Of a stretch of DNA of 32,000 nt, positions 8,296 to 17,373 are shown piece by piece. How positions within the stretch are numbered: position 1 is the stretch's first letter; every line of letters starts with the position of its first letter. Made by a program: the position numbers and the translations under genes. Location: the NCBI RefSeq assembly GCF_000012905.2, contig NC_007493.2:2910001-2942000 (forward strand), read 5' to 3'. Origin of the DNA: Cereibacter sphaeroides 2.4.1 (lineage in GTDB: Bacteria > Pseudomonadota > Alphaproteobacteria > Rhodobacterales > Rhodobacteraceae). Below the pieces are notes generated by a model that made no database searches, was not told the DNA's origin, and saw only the letters and a program-made list of their open reading frames with translations.

Positions 8296-8810
8296 TGGAC
8301 GCGATGTCGAGGCGAGAGATGAGGACGATCCTGATGGCGGCGGCGGCCGCGCTTTGGCTGCCCATGGCAGCGCACGCGCAAGGGGCCGAGGTCGCCTTCG
8401 GAGGCGGGCTCAAGCAGGACACGACGCTTCCGGTCGAGATCGGATCGGACCAGCTTCAGGTGAACCAGGCCGACGGAACGGCGGTCTTTTCGGGCAATGT
8501 CCGCGTCGCGCAGGGGCCGATGCGGCTCGGCGCACAGTCGGTGCGGGTCGAATACGCCCCCGGAGGCGGCGCGATCCGCAGGCTCCATGCCTCTGGCGGC
8601 GTCACGCTCGCCAATGGCAGCGAAGCCGCCGAGGCGAAGCAGGCCGTCTACACGATCGAGAGCGGCGAGGTTGTCATGACGGGCGACGTGCTGCTCACGC
8701 AGGGGCCTAATACGCTGGCCGGGCAGAAGCTCGTGATCGACCTGACCGCCGGCACCGGCCGGATGGAGGGGCGCGTGCAGACCGTCTTCCAGCCGGGCAA
8801 GGCGCCATGA
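8295..8810 (+). CDS. lptA: LPS transport periplasmic protein LptA (OstA-like), about 171 aa
   Basis: The signal peptide is MRTILMAAAAALWLPMAAHAQGAE. OstA-like repeats follow (QLQVNQADGTAVFSGNVRVAQG ... AVYTIESGEVVMTGDVLLTQGPNTLAGQKLVIDL). The start is ambiguous: GTG 8292, ATG 8295, ATG 8304 or ATG 8319. The stop overlaps the lptB ATG (ATGA). Confidence 0.85.
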   Translation: MDAMSRREMRTILMAAAAALWLPMAAHAQGAEVAFGGGLKQDTTLPVEIGSDQLQVNQADGTAVFSGNVRVAQGPMRLGAQSVRVEYAPGGGAIRRLHASGGVTLANGSEAAEAKQAVYTIESGEVVMTGDVLLTQGPNTLAGQKLVIDLTAGTGRMEGRVQTVFQPGKAP

Positions 8811-9568
8811 ACGTGAAATCGGAGTTCGTCGTGACGCGCGGCGGGTCGGGCCTGCAGGTGGTGGGGCTGCGCAAGAGCTACAAGCGCCGCCCGGTGATCC
8901 GCGACGTCACGATGCATCTCGACCGCGGCGAGGTCGTGGCCCTGCTCGGCCCCAACGGCTCGGGAAAGACGACCTGCTTCTATGCCATCGCGGGCCTCGT
9001 CAGCCCCGAGGGCGGGCAGGTCATGATCGAGGGCCGCGACGTCACCGCCCTGCCCATGTATCGCCGCGCACGGATGGGGATCGGCTACCTGCCGCAGGAG
9101 GTCTCGATCTTCCGCGGCCTGTCGGTCGAGGACAACATCCTTGCCGTCCTCGAGATCACCGAGAAGGACCCGCACACGCGGCGCGAACGGCTCGAGGAGC
9201 TGCTCGGCGAATTCTCGATCGCGCACCTGCGGCGGACGCCCGCGCTCGCTCTCTCGGGCGGCGAGCGGCGCCGGGTGGAGATTGCGCGGTGTCTTGCCGC
9301 AGATCCGCGCTATCTGCTGCTTGACGAGCCCTTCGCAGGGGTCGATCCGATCGCGGTGGGCGAGATTCGCGGGCTGGTGCACGACCTCAAGAGCCGGGGT
9401 ATCGGCGTCCTCATCACCGACCACAATGTGCGGGAAACGCTTGAGATTGTGGACAGAGCCTACATCCTGCACGACGGCACCGTGCTCAAGAGCGGCACCA
9501 CCGAAGAGGTGGTCCGCGACGAAACGGTGAGGCGGGTTTATCTGGGCCAGAACTTCCGCATCTCCTGA
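8807..9568 (+). CDS. lptB: LPS export ABC transporter ATP-binding protein LptB, 253 aa
   Basis: Walker A is GPNGSGKTT, the ABC signature is LSGGERRRVEIAR and Walker B is LLLDEPFAGVD. Its size and its position after lptA fit LptB. Confidence 0.93.
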   Translation: MNVKSEFVVTRGGSGLQVVGLRKSYKRRPVIRDVTMHLDRGEVVALLGPNGSGKTTCFYAIAGLVSPEGGQVMIEGRDVTALPMYRRARMGIGYLPQEVSIFRGLSVEDNILAVLEITEKDPHTRRERLEELLGEFSIAHLRRTPALALSGGERRRVEIARCLAADPRYLLLDEPFAGVDPIAVGEIRGLVHDLKSRGIGVLITDHNVRETLEIVDRAYILHDGTVLKSGTTEEVVRDETVRRVYLGQNFRIS

Positions 9569-9793
9569 TGCTTTCGGCTCAGTCGAAGGGCGTGAGCTTG
9601 CTGTTGACAACCGCGCGCCAAAAGCAGCCAAATGACCTTGATGCGTGCAGAACCCGCCCTCGCCGCCGATCCGCTCAGGCCCCGCTCTCCGGCCAGGCCT
9701 CGTGGATCCCGGCGTTTGCCCGCGTCAGCAATAACAGTCGGCGGGCACCCCGGTCTGGGGCGGACTGGCCTTGCCGAGTCAAAAGGAGGAATC

Positions 9794-10369
9794 ATGCGAT
9801 ACCAGATCAGCGGGAAACAGATCGACATCGGTGAAGCGCTTCAGACTCACGTCAAATCCGAACTTGGCGAGGTGATCGAGAAGTATGCCCAGCGTCCCAC
9901 CGAGGCGACGATCGTCTTTTCGCGCGTTGCGCATGAACATGTCTGCGAATCCACGATCCATCTGTCGACGGGTCTGACGGCCCAGGCGACCGGCCGTGCG
10001 ACCGAAATCTACGCCGCCTTCGAGAGCTGCCGCGAGAAGATGGACAAGCAGCTCCGTCGCTACAAGCGCCGCCTCCGCGACCATCACCGCGAGCGGACGG
10101 CCCCGGTTGAATTCGGTCCGGGTTCCTCCTATATCCTCGCCGCATCCGAGGAAGCCGAGGATGGTGAGGTCGAGAACCTTCAGCCGATGGTGATCGCCGA
10201 GATGGAGACGAAGGTTCCTTCGATCACCGTCGGCGAGGCCGTCATGCAGCTGGAACTCGCCGGCCAGAGCATGCTTGTCTTCCGCAATGAAGGTCATGGC
10301 GGGGTGAACGTCGTTTACCGTCGGGATGACGGGAACATCGGCTGGATCGACCCGCGCAACAGCAAATAG
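9794..10369 (+). CDS. hpf: Ribosome hibernation promoting factor, long form, 191 aa
   Basis: MRYQISGKQIDIGEALQTHVKSEL begins the sigma54-modulation/YfiA-type N-domain. The C-terminal dimerisation domain reads VMQLELAGQSMLVFRNEGHGGVNVVYRRDDGNIGWIDP. AAGGAGG lies at 9783-9789, just before the ATG at 9794. The track ORF starting at 9632 is overextended. Confidence 0.92.
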   Translation: MRYQISGKQIDIGEALQTHVKSELGEVIEKYAQRPTEATIVFSRVAHEHVCESTIHLSTGLTAQATGRATEIYAAFESCREKMDKQLRRYKRRLRDHHRERTAPVEFGPGSSYILAASEEAEDGEVENLQPMVIAEMETKVPSITVGEAVMQLELAGQSMLVFRNEGHGGVNVVYRRDDGNIGWIDPRNSK

Positions 10370-10402
10370 CGCGCGCCCGAGGCGCAGGACAAGCGACCGC
10401 CC

Positions 10403-10867
10403 ATGGAACTATCCAAACTTCTGATGCCAGGAGCCGTTCGGGTTCTGAGCCAGGTCACGAGCAAGAAGCGCCTCTTCCAGGAACTGGGAGAGGTCGCCGC
10501 GCAGGCCTATGCTCTGAATGCGTCGGTCGCCATCGACGGCCTGCAGGAGCGCGAGAGCCTGGGGCCGACCGGCGTCGGGCATGGCATCGCCCTGCCCCAT
10601 GCCCGGCTCGAGGATCTCGACCGGATCGTGGGGGTGTTCCTGCGCCTCGAGAAACCGCTCGACTATGACAGCGTCGACCGCCAGCCGGTGGATCTGGTCT
10701 TCGCCCTGTTCGCGCCCAAGGATTCGGGCGTCGATCACCTGAAGGCTCTGGCGCTCGTCTCGCGCACCATGCGCGACGCGGGCGTCTGCACCAAGCTCCG
10801 GTCGAACACCGACCCGGCCAAGCTGCACGCGATCCTCACCGAGACCCGCGCTCCGCAGGCCGCCTGA
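10403..10867 (+). CDS. ptsN: Nitrogen-PTS enzyme IIA(Ntr), 154 aa
   Basis: It has the PTS EIIA type-2 fold with the phosphorylatable His region GVGHGIALPHARL. It sits immediately after hpf. Confidence 0.9.
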   Translation: MELSKLLMPGAVRVLSQVTSKKRLFQELGEVAAQAYALNASVAIDGLQERESLGPTGVGHGIALPHARLEDLDRIVGVFLRLEKPLDYDSVDRQPVDLVFALFAPKDSGVDHLKALALVSRTMRDAGVCTKLRSNTDPAKLHAILTETRAPQAA

Positions 10868-10876
10868 ACGGTCCCG

Positions 10877-10901
10877 GGGCGGCCCCGTGCCGCCCGTTCT
10901 T
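10877..10901 (+). terminator. Probable intrinsic terminator of hpf-ptsN
   Basis: GGGCGGC (10877-10883) pairs with GCCGCCC (10889-10895) around a 5-nt loop. GTTCTTCAT follows, so the U-tract is only moderate. Confidence 0.5.
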
Positions 10902-11210
10902 CATCACATCCTCTGTTTTAGCGAGCGAGATCAACGCGGTGTCCGTCGACCCGTGTGGGCCGGATCTGCGAGAGCGGCCGTGGCCTGCGGGACAGGCGGA
11001 GGCCGGGTCCGCAGAGCGGCTCGGGTTTGGCCCTGCCCATCCCGATGCCGGCCTGACCCGGACCTCCGATGCACAAACCATCGTTCAGGCGCAGCAGCGC
11101 CGAGGATCCCGCGCGACTGACGCGAAAAAGGCCTGTCTTGTCCGGTCAGGCGGCGCGGAGCGGCAAGGCCGTGTCGCGAACGGCGGTCTCAGCGAACCCG
11201 ACCGCATCCG

Positions 11211-11263
11211 GAAATGAAAACGGCCCCCGGGCCGGCGCGTCAGGAACGCCGAACCCGGGGGCC
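11211..11263 (-). terminator. Intrinsic terminator of galU
   Basis: On the minus strand GGCCCCCGGG pairs with CCCGGGGGCC in a perfect 10-bp outer stem (11222-11231 / 11254-11263). An inner CGGCG/CGCCG stem lies within it. GTTTTCATTTC follows. The structure begins 19 nt after the galU stop. Confidence 0.75.
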
Positions 11264-11281
11264 GAACTGCATGTCGGGCGG

Positions 11282-12175
11282 TTATTGCGCCGCCTTCTCC
11301 AGAGCCAGCATGTCGTGCAGGTAGCCCGAGAACTCGTCCCGCAGCTCGGGGCGCGCGAGGCCGAAGGCCACGGTCGCCTGCAGGAAGCCTGCCTTCGAGC
11401 CGCAGTCGTAGCGCTGGCCGCGGAAGCGGAAGCCGTAGACCTTGCCGGACTCGTCGATCTCTTCGGCGATCGCATCGGTCAGCTGGATCTCCCCCCCGGC
11501 GCCTTCCTTCTTGCGGTTCAGGTTGTTCAGAACCTGCGGCGTCAGGATGTAGCGCCCGATCACGGCAAGATTGGACGGCGGATTTTCCTTCGGTTTCTCG
11601 ACCATGCCATTGACCTTGACGATCGAGCCCATGTCCTCGGCGACCGAGAGCACGCCATAGGCCGAAGCTTTCTCGGGCGGCACTTCCATCGCGGCCACCA
11701 TGTTGCCGCCGGTCTGTTCGTAGGCCTCCACCATCTGCTGCAGGCAGGGCTTCTCGGCCGCGATCACGTCATCCGGCAGCATCACCGCGAAGGGCTCGTC
11801 GCCGATCAGGCGGCGCGCGCACCAGACCGCATGGCCAAGGCCCAGCGCCTTGTGCTGGCGGACATAGGCGATGGCGCCGCTTTCCATGTTGGTGCTTTCC
11901 AGCACGTCGAGCAGATGCTCCTTGCCGGGCTTCTTCAGCGCGGCTTCGAGTTCGGGCGCATTGTCGAAATAATCCTCGAGCGCGCTCTTGCCGCGCGAGG
12001 TGACGAAAATGAATTCCTTGATGCCGGCCGCCCGAGCCTCATCGATCGCATATTGGATCAGGGGGCGGTCGACCAGCGTCATGATCTCTTTCGGGATCGA
12101 CTTGGTCGCCGGCAGAAAGCGCGTGCCCAGTCCTGCGACGGGAAATACGGCCTTGGTAACCTTGTTTGTTGTCAT
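11282..12175 (-). CDS. galU: UTP-glucose-1-phosphate uridylyltransferase, 297 aa
   Basis: MTTNKVTKAVFPVAGLGTRFLPATKSIPKEIMTLVDRPLIQYAIDEA is the GalU N-terminal signature, and VEKP lies further on. The ATG at 12175 was fixed by codon count. The track ORF is overextended to 12829. Confidence 0.95.
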   Translation of the reverse strand: MTTNKVTKAVFPVAGLGTRFLPATKSIPKEIMTLVDRPLIQYAIDEARAAGIKEFIFVTSRGKSALEDYFDNAPELEAALKKPGKEHLLDVLESTNMESGAIAYVRQHKALGLGHAVWCARRLIGDEPFAVMLPDDVIAAEKPCLQQMVEAYEQTGGNMVAAMEVPPEKASAYGVLSVAEDMGSIVKVNGMVEKPKENPPSNLAVIGRYILTPQVLNNLNRKKEGAGGEIQLTDAIAEEIDESGKVYGFRFRGQRYDCGSKAGFLQATVAFGLARPELRDEFSGYLHDMLALEKAAQ

Positions 12176-12374
12176 AGCTCTCACTCTGGTTCGCCTGCCC
12201 TGATCCGCAGGCACCGTGCAAACTACACGGAGTTGGAACTCGCCGCACCCTATCGCAGCAATATGTCGGCAATTTGGTGCCGGCAGGAAAAGTTCCGTCC
12301 TGTGGATAAGATTCTTGCATTCCGGTGCGGGACGGGCAGCGAAACAGCGGCAGCGCTCAAGGGCGCAGACCGCT

Positions 12375-12413
12375 GAAAAACGGCCACCTCGCTGCGACGT
12401 GCGAGGACAAGGC
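12375..12413 (-). terminator. Terminator-like hairpin plus U-run inside the kdsB-galU spacer
   Basis: The minus strand reads GCC-ttgt-CCTCGC-acgtcgca-GCGAGG-t-GGC followed by CGTTTTTCAG. It lies about 165-200 nt downstream of the kdsB stop. The stem is interrupted, so this is tentative. Confidence 0.4.
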
Positions 12414-12575
12414 AGCTCGCTGTCGCCCGCCGACCGGTGCGGCCTTCGATAGTACCGGACCGGAACGCCTTGTCGGGCGCCCCATTCCGCACGACCCCGC
12501 CGGCCGGGGACCGTATCCTTCGCAGAAGGGATGCGGCATGACGCCGCGGCCGCACCCTCTCCAGCCGGAGGACCG

Positions 12576-13373
12576 TCAGCCGCGCTGCATCTCGGCCAGC
12601 ATGGTCTCGATCCGCGCCACATCCTCGGGATTGTTGAGCTCCCAGAACTGACGCCCGCGGGCCTCGACCTCGACGCAGAGCACCGACCGGCCGTTCTCGA
12701 GGAAGCGGAGCTGCTCGAGCCCCTCCAGCTCTTCCAGCGGGCCGATGGGCCAGGAAGGATAGGCCGCCAGCGCCGCGGGCCGGTAGGCATAGACGCCGAC
12801 ATGATGGAAGACCGGCGTCTCTTCGGCATCGCCGTAGGCGCGACCGGTGTAGGGGATCACTTCCTTCGAGAAATAGAGCGCGTGGCGCGTGGCGCCGAAG
12901 ACGGCGGTCGTGCCGCCGACGCGGCCCGCGCGACGGTCGGTCAGAAAGCCGTTCAGCGCCCGCCCGTCGCAGCGCAGCACCGGCGTCGCCACCTCTGCGG
13001 AAGGATCCTCGCGCAGGCCCGCCACCAGATCCTCGATGAACCACGCGGGCGTGAGCGGAGCATCGCCCTGCAGGTTCACCACGATCTCGAAGCCCGGCAG
13101 CGCCGCCGCCACCTCGGCGCAGCGTTCGGTGCCGTTGCGGCAGTCGGGCGAGGTCATGACCACCTCGGCGCCGAACGCCTCGGCCGCGGTGCGGATGCGG
13201 TCGTCGTCGGTCGCGACCACCACGCGGTCGATGCCGCGCACCGCCATTGCCGCCTCCCAGCTGCGGCGGATCAGGGTCTTCTCGGTGCCGTCCGGGTCGC
13301 GGAGCGCGACCAGCGGCTTGCCCGGATAGCGGGTCGAGGCGTAGCGGGCGGGGATGGCGATCAGGACGGACAT
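12576..13373 (-). CDS. kdsB: 3-deoxy-manno-octulosonate cytidylyltransferase (CMP-KDO synthetase), 265 aa
   Basis: [21 protein letters not shown] ... VVATDDDRI ... [10 protein letters not shown] ... HVGVYAYR are KdsB family motifs. The ATG at 13373 was fixed by codon count from the stop at 12576. Confidence 0.92.
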
Positions 13374-13408
13374 GGGCACTTCCGGATGGGAACGGGGAGG
13401 ACGGGGCG

Positions 13409-14203
13409 TCAGGACTTGAGCGTCACGCCCGGCGCGTGGGCGATGAAGAAGGGATTGTCCCAGCCGGACTTGCCGTAGGCGAGCGGCTGATGATCGTCGA
13501 ACCGCACCACGATCCCGCCCGCGCCGCGCAGCACCGCATCGCCCGCCGCCGTATCCCACTCCATCGTGCGGCCGAGCCGCGGATAGAGGTCGGCCTCACC
13601 CGTTGCCACGAGGCAGAACTTCAGGCTCGAGCCCGCGCTCGTCATGTCCTTCACCGCATATTTCGCGATGTAATCGTCGGTTGCCTGATCGCGGTGCGAT
13701 TTCGAGGCCACCACCATCAGCGCGCCATTGTCGGGCTTCGAGACCGAGAGCCTGCGCAGGTTGCCGGGCTTCGTCTTGTCAAGCGCGCCCGTCTCCTCGA
13801 CGGCGGTGCCGTCCGCCTGGGTGTAGAAGAGGCGGCCCTTCGCGGGGGCATAGACGACGCCGCGGACCGGCACGCCGTCTTCGACATAGGCGATGTTCAC
13901 GGTGAAGTCGCCGCGCCGCTGGACGAACTCCTTGGTGCCGTCGAGCGGATCGACGATCAGAAAGGTGCTGGCGCTGAGCCCGTGCGAGTCGGCCTGTTCT
14001 TCGGTGATGAGCGGGATGTCGGGATAGGCCGCGCGCAGACCGGCCGAGATCAGCCGGTCGGCGGCCTCGTCGGCCTCGGTCACGGGGCTCGCGTCGGACT
14101 TCGCCTTCACCTCGAAATCGGGGCCGTTGTAGACCTCCATGATCCTGTCGCCCGCCTCCAGCGCGAGACGGCGGATGAGGGCGGTCAGATCGTCGTAATT
14201 CAT
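13409..14203 (-). CDS. cysQ: 3'(2'),5'-bisphosphate nucleotidase CysQ / inositol monophosphatase family, 264 aa
   Basis: The metal-binding motifs are [23 protein letters not shown] and [14 protein letters not shown] lies 8 nt before the ATG at 14203. Confidence 0.85.
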
Positions 14204-14343
14204 GGAAGATCCTCGATGTGGGGAGCGATGCCGGATGCGACCTTATCCCCGCTCGGCCGCCGGACGGCAAGGTTTCCATGCCCGCCCCGGCGGCGGGCCG
14301 CAACCGCGCCGAGGCCCCTCACCCGCGGCCTCCGCACTCCAAG

Positions 14344-14372
14344 CTTGCGTCCCGGCCGGAATGGGCCTATAC
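14344..14372 (+). promoter_or_regulatory. Candidate promoter of the rimP-nusA-infB operon (CTTG-N18-CCTATAC)
   Basis: CTTG lies at 14344-14347 and CCTATAC at 14366-14372. This is the same CTTG-N18-CCTATA geometry as the element upstream of dnaK at 31691-31720. It rests on motif resemblance only. Confidence 0.35.
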
Positions 14373-14427
14373 GCCCTTCCATAGCGGCGCCTCGGCTTCC
14401 AAAACCGATGGCTCCACCGATGATCGC

Positions 14428-14457
14428 AACGGGCCGCTCGGCCCGTTTTTTCGTTTT
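14428..14457 (+). terminator. Intrinsic terminator/attenuator in the rimP leader
   Basis: AACGGGCC (14428-14435) pairs with GGCCCGTT (14440-14447) around loop GCTC. TTTTCGTTTT follows. The structure ends at the GGGGG Shine-Dalgarno (14458-14462), about 10 nt before the rimP ATG at 14468. Confidence 0.7.
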
Positions 14458-14467
14458 GGGGGTTCCC

Positions 14468-15082
14468 ATGTCCGACCTCGTCGCCAAGACCGCCATCGAC
14501 CGCCGCCTCGCCGACATCGTGACGCCGGTGATCGAGGGCATGGGGTTCGAGCTCGTCCGCCTCCGGCTGATGAGCGGCAAGACCCGCACGCTGCAGATCA
14601 TGGCCGACCGGCCCGACGGCGGCATCGTCGTCGACGAATGCGCCGAGATCTCGACCGCCGTCTCCGCCGCGCTGGACGTCGAGGACCCGATCGAAGAGAA
14701 TTACACGCTCGAGGTCTCGAGCCCGGGCATCGACCGGCCGCTGACCCGGCTGAAGGATTTCGAGGTCTGGACCGGCTACGAGGCCCGGATCGAGACCACC
14801 GAACTCATCGACGGACGCCGCCGCTTCAAGGGCGAGCTGGCGGGCACCGAGGGGGACGAGGTTCTCATCACCATCGAGGACGGCCGCGACAGCTATGTGA
14901 CCATTGGGCTGAAGTTCGACTGGCTGGCCGATGCCAAGCTCATCCTCACGGAAGAGCTGATCGCCGAGATGCTGCGCCAGAAGAAGGCGTCGGGCAATTT
15001 CGACGAAAGCCAGTTCGACGAGATCGAGGAATCGGAAGGCGAGGAGGCCGACGAGGCCGAGCAGCCTCCCACCAAGCACTGA
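14468..15082 (+). CDS. rimP: Ribosome maturation factor RimP, 204 aa, with an acidic C-terminal tail
   Basis: [34 protein letters not shown] ... [14 protein letters not shown] is the RimP signature. It sits immediately upstream of nusA. Confidence 0.92.
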
Positions 15083-15118
15083 CCAACCCGCCACTGACCG
15101 TTTACCGGGAGCACGACC

Positions 15119-16726
15119 ATGGCAATCACCTCTGCCAACCAGCTTGAACTGCTGCAAACCGCCGAGGCGGTCGCGCGGGAGAAGATGATCGATCCCGATC
15201 TGGTGATCCAGGCGATGGAAGAGAGCCTCGCGCGGGCCGCCAAGTCGCGCTACGGCTCGGATCTCGACATCCGGGTGAAGATCGACCGCAAGACCGGCCG
15301 CGCCACCTTCGCCCGCATCCGCACCGTGGTCGAGGACGAGCTGATCGAGAATCACCACGCTCAGGTGACGGTGAAGCAGGCGAGAAGCTATCTCGCGGAT
15401 CCCAAGATCGGCGACGAGATCATCGACGAAGTGCCGCCGGTGGATCTCGGCCGGATCGCCGCGCAATCGGCCAAGCAGGTCATCCTGCAGAAGGTGCGCG
15501 AGGCCGAGCGCGACCGTCAGTATGACGAGTTCAAGGACCGCAAGGGCACGATCATCAACGGCGTGGTCAAGCGCGAGGAATACGGCAACATCATCGTCGA
15601 CATCGGCCGCGGCGAGGGCATCCTGCGCCGCAACGAGAAGATCGGCCGCGAGAGCTACCGTCCGAACGACCGCATCCGCGCCTATATCAAGGACGTCCGC
15701 CGCGAGGCCCGTGGCCCGCAGGTCTTCCTCAGCCGCACCGATCCGCAGTTCATGGCCGAGCTCTTCAAGATGGAAGTGCCGGAGATCTACGACGGCATCA
15801 TCGAGATCAAGGCCGTGGCCCGCGACCCGGGCTCGCGCGCGAAGATTGCGGTCATCTCCTACGACAACTCGATCGACCCGGTCGGCGCCTGCGTCGGTAT
15901 GCGCGGCAGCCGCGTGCAGGCCGTCGTGAACGAGCTGCAGGGCGAGAAGATCGACATCATCCCGTGGAACCAGGATCAGGCCACGTTCCTCGTGAACGCG
16001 CTGCAGCCGGCCGAGGTCTCCAAGGTCGTGATCGACGAGGAAGCCGGCAAGATCGAGGTGGTGGTGCCCGACGAGCAGCTCTCGCTCGCCATCGGCCGCC
16101 GCGGCCAGAACGTGCGCCTCGCGAGCCAGCTGACGGCCCTCGACATCGACATCATGACCGAAGCCGACGAATCGGCTCGCCGCCAGGCCGAGTTCGCCGA
16201 GCGGACGAATCTCTTCATGGAGACCCTTGATATCGACGAGATGATGGCCCAACTACTGGTGTCCGAAGGGTTCACGAACCTTGAGGAAGTCGCTTACGTC
16301 GATCCCGAGGAACTCCTTTCGATCGATGGGTTCGACGAGGACACGGCCGCCGAGCTTCAGGCCCGCGCCCGCGACCATCTGGAAGAAGCCAACCGCAAGG
16401 CCCTGGAATCCGCCCGCGCCCTCGGGCTCGAGGATTCCCTCGCCGGTTTCGAAGGGCTGACCCCGCAGATGCTCGAGGCGCTCGCGAAGGACGGCATCAA
16501 GACGCTCGAAGACTTCGCCACCTGCGCGGACTGGGAGCTGGCCGGCGGCTGGACCACGGTGAACGGGCAGCGGGTGAAGGACGAGGGCGTCCTCGAGAAG
16601 TTCGACGTGAGCCTCGAGGAAGCGCAGCATCTGGTGATGACCGCACGCGTCATGCTGGGCTGGGTCGATCCGACCGAACTCGCGCCGGAAGCCGAGGAAG
16701 AAGAAGAGACGGAGGGCGAGGCCTGA
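15119..16726 (+). CDS. nusA: Transcription termination/antitermination factor NusA, 535 aa
   Basis: Track ORF 15119..16726. It has an N-terminal RNAP-binding domain, an S1 domain ([27 protein letters not shown]), KH domains ([20 protein letters not shown] ... [16 protein letters not shown]) and C-terminal HhH acidic repeats. Confidence 0.96.
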   Translation: MAITSANQLELLQTAEAVAREKMIDPDLVIQAMEESLARAAKSRYGSDLDIRVKIDRKTGRATFARIRTVVEDELIENHHAQVTVKQARSYLADPKIGDEIIDEVPPVDLGRIAAQSAKQVILQKVREAERDRQYDEFKDRKGTIINGVVKREEYGNIIVDIGRGEGILRRNEKIGRESYRPNDRIRAYIKDVRREARGPQVFLSRTDPQFMAELFKMEVPEIYDGIIEIKAVARDPGSRAKIAVISYDNSIDPVGACVGMRGSRVQAVVNELQGEKIDIIPWNQDQATFLVNALQPAEVSKVVIDEEAGKIEVVVPDEQLSLAIGRRGQNVRLASQLTALDIDIMTEADESARRQAEFAERTNLFMETLDIDEMMAQLLVSEGFTNLEEVAYVDPEELLSIDGFDEDTAAELQARARDHLEEANRKALESARALGLEDSLAGFEGLTPQMLEALAKDGIKTLEDFATCADWELAGGWTTVNGQRVKDEGVLEKFDVSLEEAQHLVMTARVMLGWVDPTELAPEAEEEEETEGEA

Positions 16727-16740
16727 GCCTCGCAGAAGCG

Positions 16741-17373
16741 ATGACTCGCGGAGGCCGGGACGACATGCGGGACGAGCCGGAACGGCGCTGCCTCGCGACA
16801 GGTGAGAGCGGGCCCAAGGCGGGCCTCGTGCGCTTCGGCCTCGGCCCCGAGAGCCAGGTGGTGCCCGACATCCTCGGGCGCCTGCCGGGCCGGGGCATGT
16901 ATGTCTCGGCCGACCGCAAGGCGATCGAGAAGGCGGCGGCCAAGGGGCTCTTCGCCCGGGCGGCGCGCCAGCCGGTGAAGGTGCCGGAAGGACTCGCCGA
17001 CCTTGTGGAGGCGCAGCTCGCCCGGCGGGTGATCGATCTCATCTCGCTTGCTCGCAAGGCGGGAGAGGCGGTTGCCGGATACGAGAAGGTGAAGGACTGG
17101 CTGTCGAAGGACGAGGCGAAAGTTCTCATCCAGGCCAGCGACGGGTCGGAACGCGGCAAATCGAAGCTGCATCCGCCCGAAGGCAAAAGGTCGTTCATCG
17201 GCTGTCTGACCGCCCGGGAATTGGGTTTGGCATTCGGCCGTGAACATGCGATACACGGCGCGCTCGCGGCTGGTGGACTCACGACGCGCGTTCAGGATGA
17301 AGCGGCCAGACTGGCCGGGCTTCGCGGGCAGATCGGCGGCAGGGCCGCCGGAAGGGATACGAAAGACGCATGA
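16741..17373 (+). CDS. YlxR (DUF448)-like RNA-binding protein fused to an L7Ae/YlxQ-like domain, 210 aa
   Basis: [19 protein letters not shown] ... PGRGMYV is the YlxR motif. The C-terminal half ([15 protein letters not shown] ... VLIQASD) resembles the L7Ae-like YlxQ module. It sits between nusA and infB, and its stop overlaps the infB ATG (ATGA). Confidence 0.8.
   Translation: MTRGGRDDMRDEPERRCLATGESGPKAGLVRFGLGPESQVVPDILGRLPGRGMYVSADRKAIEKAAAKGLFARAARQPVKVPEGLADLVEAQLARRVIDLISLARKAGEAVAGYEKVKDWLSKDEAKVLIQASDGSERGKSKLHPPEGKRSFIGCLTARELGLAFGREHAIHGALAAGGLTTRVQDEAARLAGLRGQIGGRAAGRDTKDA

Noticed and set aside
11140-11215. Faint resemblance of GGTCAGGCGGCGCGGAGCGGCAAGGCC to the conserved SRP (4.5S) RNA domain IV
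   Set aside because: The near-invariant GGUCCGGAAGGAAGCAGCC core and GNAR tetraloop are not present, and the resemblance is limited to a few G-rich positions. The nearby 5-bp stem with an 11-nt loop (11131-11151) is too weak to call a terminator.
10939-11217. A 92-aa ORF in the ptsN-galU spacer
   Set aside because: About a quarter of its codons end in A/T, against the strong G/C3 bias of real genes here. It has no RBS, and it runs into the galU terminator.
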